Positions 1 through 9,668 of a DNA stretch of 64,000 nucleotides are shown piece by piece (the first letter of the stretch is position 1; every line of letters starts with the position of its first letter). The notes beneath the pieces are model-generated. The model made no database searches. It saw only the letters and a program-made list of their open reading frames with translations, and was not told the DNA's origin. Source of the DNA: Centroscyllium fabricii (Eukaryota); NCBI GenBank assembly GCA_051313645.2, contig JBNRSN020000002.1, positions 525,512,001 to 525,576,000 on the forward strand, in the 5' to 3' direction. Position numbers and translations under genes: made by a program.

Positions 1-292
1 AGGAGCCTCAGCAGCAGCCCCAGTGGAGGAGGCTCCTGCAAACTGGAAGGGCTGTGCATCAGAAGCTAGTGGACAGCCGGTTCTAGGCGTCTCCTAATGG
101 AAGGAGGTGTGGCCTTCAACAAGACCTGTCCATGTATTTTCAGTGAATTTGCTCCTTATTTATGGTCAGCGACATTACTGCTTCTTTATGTGGAGTGAAT
201 TAATTACTTATTTATGTTCACTAAAATAAATGCCCAGTGAGGTTACAGAAAATAAATTTTTATTCCATCAGAAACAACTTTTCCCACCCACA

Positions 293-440
293 AAACATAA
301 ATAAACATTGCCAACTGGGATTACAAACCCCCCCACCCTACAACACCCACAGAACATAAATAAACATCACCAACTGGCATTACAAACCCCCCCCACCCCA
401 CCCACAGAACATAAATAAACATCACCAACTGGCATTACAA
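293..440. repeat. ~55-60 bp tandem repeat, about 2.5 copies (aacataaataaacatcaccaactggcattacaaa...)
   Basis: Three near-identical blocks are visible at about 293, 352 and 408. Confidence 0.85.
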
Positions 441-660
441 AGCAAAGTACTGGAGCCTACTTCGTGTGCTCCAGGGAGCTGGTGCCCTTGCGTCGTTCCC
501 CCCTCCCCACCCTGATGCTCCTCCTCAATGGCACCCCAGTGGGTGCAGCAACGGGACTGGAAGGCTGCGCAGTGTCTGAACTGGACACTGCCGCAGCCTT
601 CGGAGGTCGGTCTCGACCGGCTCTGGGCTTGGAGTACCCAGCTTCAGACTGCTACACCTC

Positions 661-885
661 TGTGGTAAACCACTGTTCTGTTTGTACATAACTTGTCTGG
701 GCATGTCTCTGCTGGTCTGCCCCTGGCTTCACCCCTAAGCCCAGGTATAAAGGTGACTGAGCTCCAGTCCCCTGGGCTTTCAGGATCGGTCTAAAGCTAG
801 AGACATGCTCGTCTTCTTTACTCAATAAAAGCCTATTTGTTACTTGTATAACTTCTAGTCTTTTGGAGTTATTGATAGCGCATCA
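661..885 (+). mobile_element. 5' LTR of a Gypsy retrotransposon (225 bp)
   Basis: TG...CA termini (tgtggt...gcatca), TATAAA at 746, AATAAA at 824, and a gag ORF starting 20 nt downstream. Confidence 0.85.
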
Positions 886-904
886 ATTTTATTGACTAAA
901 TTTT

Positions 905-1465
905 ATGATGGAGCAAATCCTGAAACCGGAACACCTGGAATTGGATCCTCAACTAGCGGATGCATCCAACAACTTCAAGCACTGGCTGAGCTGCTTTGAA
1001 GCATTCCTGCAGGCCTCTAGCACTACTGTCAGGTCCGACGCTGACAAGTTACTAGTACTGAACTCCCGGGTGAGCCACCAAGTATATTCGATGATCCAAG
1101 ACGCAACATCCTATACGGACACTATCAGTTTCCTTAAAAATCAATATATTAAACTGGTCAATGAGGTCTATGCCAGACACCTCCTGGCTACCCGTAAACA
1201 GCGACCTGGGGAATCAGGTGACGAATACCTACGGGCACTGAGAGTCTTCAGCTGGCCTGGAAGTGCAAATCAGTGACGGCCACAGAAAATATGGAGGATT
1301 TAATCCAGGTCGCCTACAGGGTGGGCTCGACCTGCAAAAGGCTGTGACCCTCGCTAACTCGCTGAACGTGGCTCACCGAAACATGGACGCATACTCCCCT
1401 GACCACGCGGCCACATCATGGATGTTGCAGGCGCCGCCATCTTGGGACTCGGTAGGGCCACAAGA
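905..1465 (+). pseudogene. Gypsy gag, frameshifted and truncated
   Basis: ORF MEQILKPEHLELDP...ARHLLATRKQRPGESGDEYLRAL is a retrotransposon gag (MHR-like QxxGES motif); it continues in another frame as LDLQKAVTLANSL. Confidence 0.85.
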
Positions 1466-1469
1466 TCGA

Positions 1470-1612
1470 TGTATTTCCTAAGGCTAGAGGGATCAAGGGA
1501 TATGGGGAGAAGGCAGGGACAGGGTACTGAGTTTGGATGATCATCCATGGTCTCATTGAATGGTGGAGCAGGCTCGAGGGGCCGAATGGCCTACTCCTAT
1601 CTTCTCTGTTTC
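1470..1612 (+). mobile_element. CR1 LINE 3' end fragment; its (CTATGTTT)n tail resumes at 2695-2710
   Basis: ggatcaagggatatggggagaaggcaggg...ggctcgaggggccgaatggcctactcc, shared with the other CR1 ends in this window. Confidence 0.85.
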
Positions 1613-2694
1613 TGTCACAGGGTGCCTGTCCCTTTAAGATTTCAAAGACAGCTTGGTTGTGTGCTCACAGCTGAATTGAGGACTTGTTCCCCTGTTATTC
1701 TATTAATCTTATCTATTATCTGTTTCACTTGCCTGTGTGTCCCTGTTCTCATTGCCTGCAGCTTATTGGCTAACACCAAATGATCTGTTTGCCGGTTTGG
1801 TTCATAAGCTGGAGGTAGTGATGAGGCAGGTGCGGGATCATTGAATTAGCTACTTTCACTGGATTGGATTGACTTTCTTCATACTGCTGGAGGAGTTGGT
1901 TTCTGTGCTGAGCTGCTCGAGAGGCAATGGGGTTTGGAGTTCATATCACTCAGCCTTGACATTGCACTCTGCTATTCTGCAGCTCAGGCTGGGCTGCTTG
2001 AGAGGCAATGGGGTTTGGAGCTCATATCACTCAGCCTTGACATTGCACTCTGCTATTCTGCAGCTCAGGCTTGGACATTCATCTGTCGAGTAAGGGCGTC
2101 CCCCTGCTAGTGGATCAGGTATTCTCTTCCTCAGAAGACTCCGGGGAAGTGAGTCTCGACCGCAGGGCGGACTCGAAAGAGATTTCAGAATCTACTCCTT
2201 GGACATTTGGTCATTATCAACCGAACTCAGGTTTGGACGTTGTTGTTGGGTATGCGAGGAGTCCCAAGGATTCTGGATGGTAGTCTCTTCCTCAGAAGAC
2301 TCAGTGGAGTGAGTCTCGACCGCAGGGCGGACTCGGAAGAGATCCAGTATTGCACCCACCTGGATTCAGGATTTGGACATGTATTCCTCTGGTCAATGAT
2401 GCGCTTGGCTGCGTAGCATTCCTCTACTCTATTCCACACAACTTTGGAAAGTATTGTACCAGTTCCGAATGGAACTTGATTTCTATTTCTATCTTGGTAT
2501 TTTGTAAACTGTAATGAAGCTTGTGCCAGTCTTCAGCAAAGACTTGTTTAGATGTTTAATAGATTTGTGTATGTGTGAATGCAATTTATGAGGGTTTTGT
2601 TATTTATATATATTAAAGGAGTTTTGCTTTAGAAAGACGTTTCAGTGTCTCTGCATTTGGGCCCCACCACAATCTGTTACAGCATTCCGTTACA
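1613..2694 (+). mobile_element. LTR-like element (probable solo LTR, ~1.08 kb) nested in the CR1 tail
   Basis: Ends are TGTCACA...CGTTACA, flanked by tgtttc on both sides (1607-1612, 2695-2700). ATTAAA lies near the 3' end. There is an internal 78-bp tandem duplication (~1913-2069) and a ~55-bp repeat spaced ~162 bp apart (~2124 and ~2286). Confidence 0.7.
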
Positions 2695-2710
2695 TGTTTC
2701 TATGTTTCTA

Positions 2711-4035
2711 ATAGATATACCCAGTTAGACGCATACCCCCTTCCCCGCATATCTGATATGGTCAACCAGATTGCGCAGTACTGGGTATTCTCTACCATTG
2801 ACCTTAAGTCGGCGTATCACCAACTCCCTATCAGGTCTGAGGAACAGCAGTATACTGCCTTCGAGGCAAACGGCCGCCTCTACCACTTCCTTAGGGTTCC
2901 ATTCGGCATCACCAATGTAGTCTCAGTCTTCCAAAGGGAGATGGACCAGATGGTCGACCAGAATGCGCTGCAGGCCATTTTCCCTACCTGGACAACGTTA
3001 CTATCTGTGGCCATCACCTGCAGGACCATGACGCCAAACTCAAAAAATTCCTCCGCACAGCCCAGCGGTTAAATTTGACCTATTACAAGGAAAAATGCAT
3101 GTTTCGCACCACCCGCCTCGCTATCCTTGGCTGTTTCGTGGAAAACGGAGTCATCGGCTCCGACCCTGACTGGATGCGCCCCCTCCTGGAACTACCCCTG
3201 CCTCACTGCCTCAAGGCCCTGAAGAGATGTCTGGAGTTCTTCTCTTACTACGCCCAGTGGATGCCCAATTACGCGGACAAGGCCCGGCCCCTTATCAAGT
3301 CCACCTCCTTCCCCCTGGCATCAGAGGCCCGCTTAGCATTCAGCCATATTAAAGAGTACATTGTGAAGGCCACAATGCATGCCATGGATGAGTCCATCCC
3401 TTTCCAGGTGGAGAGCGATGCGTCCGGCTTTGCCCTGGCCGCAACCCATAATCAGGCGGGGAGACCCGTGGCCTTCTTTTCACGAACCCTCCAGGGCCCC
3501 AAAATTAGACACTCCTCAGTAGAAAAGGAGGCCCAAGCTATAGTGGAGGCTGTGCGGCATTGGAGGCATTACCTGGCCGGTAATCGTTTCACCCTGCTCA
3601 CTGACCAACGATCAGTAGCATTTATGTTCAACAACAAGCAGCAGGGCAAAATCAAAAATGGGCGGCACGGTGGCATAGTGGTTAGCACTGTTGCCTCACA
3701 GCGCTAGGGGCCCGGGTTCAAATCCGGCCTCGGGTGACTATCTGTGTGGAGTTTGCACATTCTCCCCGTGTCTGTGTGGGTTTCCTCCGGTGGCTCCGGT
3801 TTCCTCCCACAGTCCAAAGATGTGCGGGTTAGGTTGATTGGCCAGGATAAATTGACCCTTAGTGTTAGGGGGATTAAATATGTGGGGTTACGGCGATAGG
3901 GTGGGATATGTGTCGGTGCAGGCTCGATGGGCCGAAATGGCCTCTATCTGCACTGTAGGGATTCTATGATTCTATGATTCTATGATTGAGGTGGAGAATC
4001 GAATTAGCCACCTACAATTACGTTTACCGGGCCGG
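2711..4035 (+). pseudogene. Gypsy pol remnant (RT + RNase H), frameshifted, interrupted by a SINE, lacking protease and integrase
   Basis: Motifs DAYPLPRI, IDLKSAYHQLP, YTAFEA, PFGITN, YLDN, ESDASGFAL, PVAFFSRTL, EKEAQAIV, FTLLTDQRSV; after the SINE it resumes as RWRIELATYNY..VYR. Confidence 0.92.
3660..3987 (+). mobile_element. HE1-type V-SINE (tRNA-derived) with (CTATGATT)n tail
   Basis: tRNA-like head with A box tggcatagtgg and B box ggttcaaatcc; V-domain gtggagtttgcacattctccccgtgt...ctccggtttcctcccacagtccaaag. Confidence 0.9.
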
Positions 4036-4039
4036 TATA

Positions 4040-5175
4040 TAACTCTTGATAAAAGCTGCTCGCCGCCTCTAAAATCTCCCCACTTTCATGAATGATCTTC
4101 TCCCCAACCTTCAACTCTTCAATTAATGATAATCTCTGTTGCAGCTTTTCTTGCTCTAGAATATATCAAGTGCATCTTTCGCCCTCCAATGCATCTCCAG
4201 CCTTTGCATGGAAAATGGCCCCCTTGCATTTTTCAGCTTGCAATAATTCCCACTCTTCCTTTAGCACCCGGAATTTAGTCTCAGCTCCCTTATCCCCTCT
4301 GTCAACTGCTTTACAGACATCCGTAAACCTTTTGTTTATATTCTCTTCTCGGTGACAGTTAGCTGCCGCTCTCTTTTTCCCATAACGACCGAAAAAACTT
4401 TTACCGCATATTTGAAATTGTCCCATCAAACTCTTCCTTCTTTCAAGAACAAAGGTTCCTTCTGAGCATTCTTTATCATATTTAAAATTCGAAGAACCAA
4501 AGCCAAGTGGTCACTAATAAATACTTTTTTGTAATAAATCTCCATCACCTCAGAACTTACCCCTTCCCGCATTAACACAAAATCTATTCGACTCTGTTTT
4601 AAAACGTCACCCACCCAGCCTGATCTGGTGAACTCCATTTTTATGGGGTTCCGATCCCTCCATAAGTCTCTCAAATTTAAATTTGCCATCATTTTTACAA
4701 TCATCCCTCTGGAGTTATCATCCTAAAAGGTCATCTGGGCCGAATTGTCCATCCAAGATAAAAATACATTAAAATCCCCCACTAGACAAGGATTTTCCAC
4801 CTCTGCCACTTCAGTGAATAACCCCCGAAAAAACTTGCAATAGTTGTTCGGTGCATAGATATTAAAGAGATCGTAATTAAATTCCTCCATTTTCACCCTT
4901 AGCCATAAATATCTCCCCTCAGTGTCCTTGTCCACCAAGGCAATATTCTCCTTTATGGACGGACTCACCAAAACAGCCACCCCTCTATGGTTATTGTTTG
5001 CACAACTTGCAAACACTTCTCCCTTCCAAACCTTCTGAACTCTTTCTAGGATATCCTCCTCCCAAAAGGTTTCTTGCAGACACAACAAGTCCGTGTTTAT
5101 AAAACCCTGCAACAACTGCAGCAATTTCTTCTCACCCCTCAATCTGTTCACATTAATTAAGACCAATGTAGTCAT
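4040..5175 (-). pseudogene. Tx1 ORF2 N-terminus: apurinic-like endonuclease, disrupted
   Basis: APE motifs INVNRLR, LCLQET, GVAVL, EGRYL, NIYAPN, VGDFN, DLWR, SRIDF, SDH, then KCKGA..EGERCT. Confidence 0.9.
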
Positions 5176-5217
5176 GGCTCCAAAGAAGGGAATTATGGCT
5201 GATAATCTCCCCATCAT

Positions 5218-6895
5218 TTAATCTCTGGCCCTGCCCTCCTCTCATGCTCCTTCCCAACTTTTCGGCCAGCTGTTGCTTTTTCCTGCAGCCTCCGACTCTT
5301 TTTCACCTCCTGTTTCAACCTTCCTGCTGTTTCAGCCTCTTCCTTGCATTAAGTTTGGGCCCAGGAGCTGCCCTTTCTCCCTCCTTCTGCCCCTCACTAA
5401 CCTTTCCCTCTCCACATGATGCTGCCCCACCCCCCACTTCCATGTCTCTGTCCCCCTCTAATTCCTCACTCTCCAGCTCTTCTGTAACTCTCTGTGCCTG
5501 CTCCCTATCAGATACATAATCCTGCTCCCCATCCGATACATCTTCTCCCATAGAGAGTCTTCCTGCTATCACAGTTTCTCCAACCGTGCCGCTCCCTTTG
5601 ACCTCATCTCCACCTCTGACCCTTGCTCCCTGATCCTTCTCTCTCTGGGACAATGGTGCATCTATATTGCTCCCCCCTGTTGTCTTTGTCTCGCCACTTC
5701 CATCCTGCTGCCCCTTTAAGGCTCCTGTCTCTTGCACCCTCTCCTTGTCTTGCCCCCTCCTGCTCACCAAGATGTCCGACTCTCCGTCTTTCTTTGGAGT
5801 ACTTACATTTACAACGCACCCTGCTCCTGCCTCCTCTCCCCCCATGGACACCAGATTCTTCAGGGAAAGCTGAACCGTATTAAGGCTCGAGACTGCACTC
5901 AACCCTTGCTGCCCGCTGCTGTCTTTGTTCTTTTCCACTGTACTTGGTGTGTTTTCCACCATCTCCATCCTGTTCTCTGCTCCGCCATTTTCTGCCTCTT
6001 CCTGTGCTCTTTGCTCCTTCAATTTTCCCGCTGTGTCCTCTGACTGCTCCGCTCCTCTGGCCATTCCACTCACACCTCCTGCTCCTTCTCCCATCTCTTC
6101 ATCACTCATAGAGCTTCCTTCTGCCTCACACTCACAGCGGGTGGGGCCTTTGTGACCCACCCTACAGCTCTCCGCCTTGCAGCTCCAAGTGATGTGTCCA
6201 GACTTGCCGCAATTATAACAGTGGAAGTCTGGACTGTTTCTTACAAGATGGTCGTGTCCAAGACAATAATAACAAACCTTCACTTGGTTATCATGCAGTA
6301 CTCGGAAGTACTGCACTCCTTCCATTGTCTCAAATTTCATGCTGCACGGCAATGACTTCGCCCTCTCTGGGAACCGCACCTTAATGTAACAGGTTCCATC
6401 TGTTACCTGTTTTCCTGGATAGTATCTCCTCTTTATTGCTGAGCAAATTTTAATGTCCCACTACTCCAACCTTTTGATTAGTATATCATCCTCAATATAA
6501 ACTGGCAAGTTTAAGAATTAAACCACCACCTCTTCTGAATATAGCAGAGATACCTTCAAGAACTTATCGCCAACTCTCAAACTGAGTAAAAGTCTTTCCA
6601 CCTCCTCTTGGCCACTGACCGTCACCTCGAACCCAACATTCGGCTTTGGTCGGCAAGCAAAGCAGCTTCCCTCGCTGCAGTCCTCCTGTACCACCTGGAT
6701 AATATCCCATGCTCATATCTCCTTAATCTCGCACTGAACCACCACAGTGTTTTCTTTTCCAAACGTCCTGGGGTCCCAGCCCAAATCCTTGGGCCTTTTT
6801 CATTCCCTTCCAAACACAGTTAATTCCCTAATTAAATTCATCATGGGAACACTGTCCTCTGAGAGGCCCGGCTCTCTGGACCCCTCAGCAGCCAT
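5218..6895 (-). pseudogene. Tx1 ORF1p (gag-like, CCHC knuckles, acidic low-complexity C-terminus), disrupted
   Basis: FLNLPVYIEDD..RRYYPG..DGT..KVRFP..SLPCSMKFET..YFRVLHDNQVKVCYYCLGHDH..CYNCGKSGHITWSC, with stops and frameshifts upstream. Confidence 0.85.
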
Positions 6896-6982
6896 CTGGC
6901 TGCTGTTTATTGGCCAAAAAGGCTCTAAAACCTGAAAACAAAAACCCAAAAACCCACCACCAACTTTTTACAAACTCACTCC

Positions 6983-7813
6983 TGGGGGGAATTTTTGCAG
7001 GTCCGTGAGGGTGGCTTTTCGGCGGGGCAGGGCCTAAAATCGCGAAACCAGGGGGTCCCAACCGCACCCCCCCCCCGCCCGCTACCGCCGGATCGCTGCC
7101 GGCTTGTAAGTTTCGGGCGGCGTGTCCAGCTGTCCCGAATCTTTCCCGCCCGCCGGCGGCGGGGATGCTCATTTAGCTAATTGAGGGCCCTTAATTGGCC
7201 TGGATAATCCCATTTTAAGGGCCCTCACCTATTTTGAACCCTTTCCCACCCAAACCTCGCCATCCTGAAACCCCGCTGGTGAAAGCTAGCGGGATCACAG
7301 TCGGCTAGGTCACTTTCACCTTCAAGGCATTGAAGGACCCAGAGCAGAATGCCTTCCAGGCCTTCTAGACCCTGGAGGTGTAAGTGACTCCCTTGGGTGA
7401 AGACTAGCTGTGGAGAAAAACCTTAAAAAACTAATCTTGACAGATGGTGAAATGCTGGATTGAGAGACGGTCCCTAACTCTGAAAGATTTCCAGCGCGTC
7501 AGTGCACCTGTCACTCAAAACACTTGGGCTTTGTGATAGGTTGCACTCCATTGTGATGTCACAATGGAGTATTTCCATGGAAACTGACAACAGACAGTCC
7601 CTAGAACTGTCACTCAAAGTTCTGGCTCCCAGCTGCAGCCCGTTGATTGCCGACTCGATTCAGGCAATTGGAAGTGGCTCCCCGCACGCGGGGAATTAAT
7701 TGCCCAATTTAGGGGAAATTGCGTGGGATTCCCAGGCCCTTGGGTGGGCGGGCCAGAAACCCGACCCGACCAAAACCCGCCAGGTTCCCGCACCCTCGGG
7801 AAAATCCCCACCC
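6983..7813. mobile_element. GC-rich non-autonomous DNA element (Harbinger-like MITE), diverged
   Basis: Imperfect ends ggggggaatttt...aaaatccccaccc and CpG-rich subterminal regions like the other MITEs here. Confidence 0.5.
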
Positions 7814-9054
7814 AACTCCCTGCTGCAATCAGGCAACCAGTAACACCTGTTCACTCCTAGCCCCTCCCACCTAGAGAGTGCTGCCCACTGGGCCACAGCT
7901 GACAGCTATGTCTACATGTCTGTGGGCAGATATCTGTGTCTGTACATGCCTCTGTGCATGTGAATGTGTTAATAGCTGTGTATGTACCAGTCTGCACATT
8001 TGCCTGTATCTGTACATACGCCTGTCAAACGCTGCTGTATGTGTCGTTACATCTTCTGTGTTTGTTCTGACAAGTATCTGTGGACCTTTCTGTATCTGAG
8101 CATGTGTCTGTCTGTGGGGGTGGCTTTGCCCGTGACTCCGCCTGTACTTGTGTTCTCTCTGTTTGTGGTTATGTGTCTGTCCGTGTGTCTTTGCCGGTAC
8201 CTGATGTTTTAATGGTTGTGCGCGCTTACGTGTGTGTGTGAGACCGTGTTTGGGTGTGCCCGTACTGTGCATACGCGCGTGCTTAATCTGAGGGTTGACA
8301 CTGTCGCCAGAAACATACCAGTCTCACTCAGCCGCCTACACTGGACTCTCGTAAAATCATCAAGCTCTTTGATCTAATTATCTTGTCAGCGACATCAGCA
8401 GAGCCGCTGCCGCAGTTAGCCAGCTCCCAGCTGAAAAACTGACATTAAAAATGATCAAACAACCAAAAGAAAAAGAGAAAAAAGCAGCCAGAAAGCAGAG
8501 GTCAGATAGTACATCAACAGACAGCCAGGTCTCGGGGACAGTCACTTCTCTCCTCTCTGTTGGACGTCCTTTGAAGGATTTGAAAACAAACACCTCTGTC
8601 CCACATTATGTTTTGAGATCGAAATCCTCTATCAGTTAATGAACTAGTAATAACCTAGATGGGTGCCCTGATAACCTGGTCAAAGGGCAACCTCTGGCAT
8701 TCCTTCTTTAGGGATGGCCATTAGCTAGCACTTAGTTTCAAATGGAGTCAAGCTCCTGCAGCCTTCCCCGGACTTGCCAATCTGAATATGTGGGGTGGGG
8801 TGGGATGGGATGAGGGGAGTCGAGCAGAATGTGACTACACGTTCTTTGCAGATTGCAACAAACCCCCCCCCCCCCGCCCCTTCCTGAGCAACTCCCAATA
8901 ACAAGCAAGATAGGTCCATTGCCCATCGTTGTTAGTCTAGTTATCACTGAGCTAGGAGGGAAATGGATTAATAAAGCGATTCCTTGTTCAAAGGAAAACT
9001 ATGGGCTATTCTGTCTTGAAGGTGGAAATGCAGGTACAGCAGGCAGTTTAGAAA

Positions 9055-9195
9055 GCAAATGGCATGTTGGCCTTCATAGTGAGGGGATTTGAGTACAGGA
9101 GTAGGGAGGTGTTGCTACAGTTGTACAGGGCCTTGGCGAGGCCACACTTGGAGAAATGGCCTCTATCTGCACTGTATGGATTCTATGATTCTATG
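9055..9195 (+). mobile_element. CR1 RT fragment joined to an HE1-type tail
   Basis: ANGMLAFIVRGFEYRSREVLLQLYRALARPHLE followed by aaatggcctctatctgcactg...(ctatgatt)n. Confidence 0.75.
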
Positions 9196-9252
9196 AAAAG
9201 AGTGAAAGATAAGAATAGGCAATTCAGGAATGCTGACTCGGTGCTTGGATTT

Positions 9253-9668
9253 TAGAACATAGAAACATAGAAACATAGAAGATAGGAGCAGGAGTAGGCC
9301 ATTCGGCCCCTCGAGCCTGCTCCGCCATTCAATGAGATCATGGCTGATCATCCAAACCCAGTACCCCGCCCCTGCCCTCTCCCCATATCGCTTGATCCCT
9401 ATCGAGCCTGCACTGACACATATCCCACCCTATCCCCGTAACCCCACATATTCAATTCCCCTAACACTAAGGGTCAATTTATCCTGGCCAATCAACCTAA
9501 CCTGCACATCTTTGGACTGTGGGAGGAAACCGGAGCACCCGGAGGAAACCCACGCAGACACGGGGAGAATGTGCAAACTCCACACAGATAGTACCCGAGG
9601 CTGGATTTGAACCCGGGTCTCCAGTGCTGTGAGACAACAGTGCTAACCACTGTGCCACCGTGCCGCCC
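9253..9668 (-). mobile_element. HE1-type V-SINE with a CR1 (CTATGTTT)n 3' tail
   Basis: Head and V-domain match 3660-3930; the tail matches the CR1 ends at 34610-34723 and 41541-41670. Confidence 0.88.

Larger units (their letters stand above)
4036..6982 (-). mobile_element. Tx1-clade non-LTR retrotransposon, 5' half (5'UTR, ORF1, APE part of ORF2), 3' truncated
   Basis: ORF1 with zinc knuckles followed by an AP-endonuclease ORF2; no RT region. Confidence 0.88.

Noticed and set aside
1-660. Possible convergent 3' ends of Harbinger transposase and Myb-like ORFs
   Set aside because: This is an impression from recall only; no diagnostic motif or TIR lies within the window.
3660-3735. tRNA gene (also at 9600-9668, 12998-13070 and 55700-55760)
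   Set aside because: These are SINE heads with A/B boxes, continuous with SINE bodies.
7871-8272. His/Thr-rich 133-aa ORF
   Set aside because: Translation of degenerate (TG)n-rich low-complexity DNA.
8300-8640. Possible L1 5'UTR/ORF1 start (MIKQPKEKEKKAARKQRS)
   Set aside because: Only compositional resemblance; no diagnostic domain follows.
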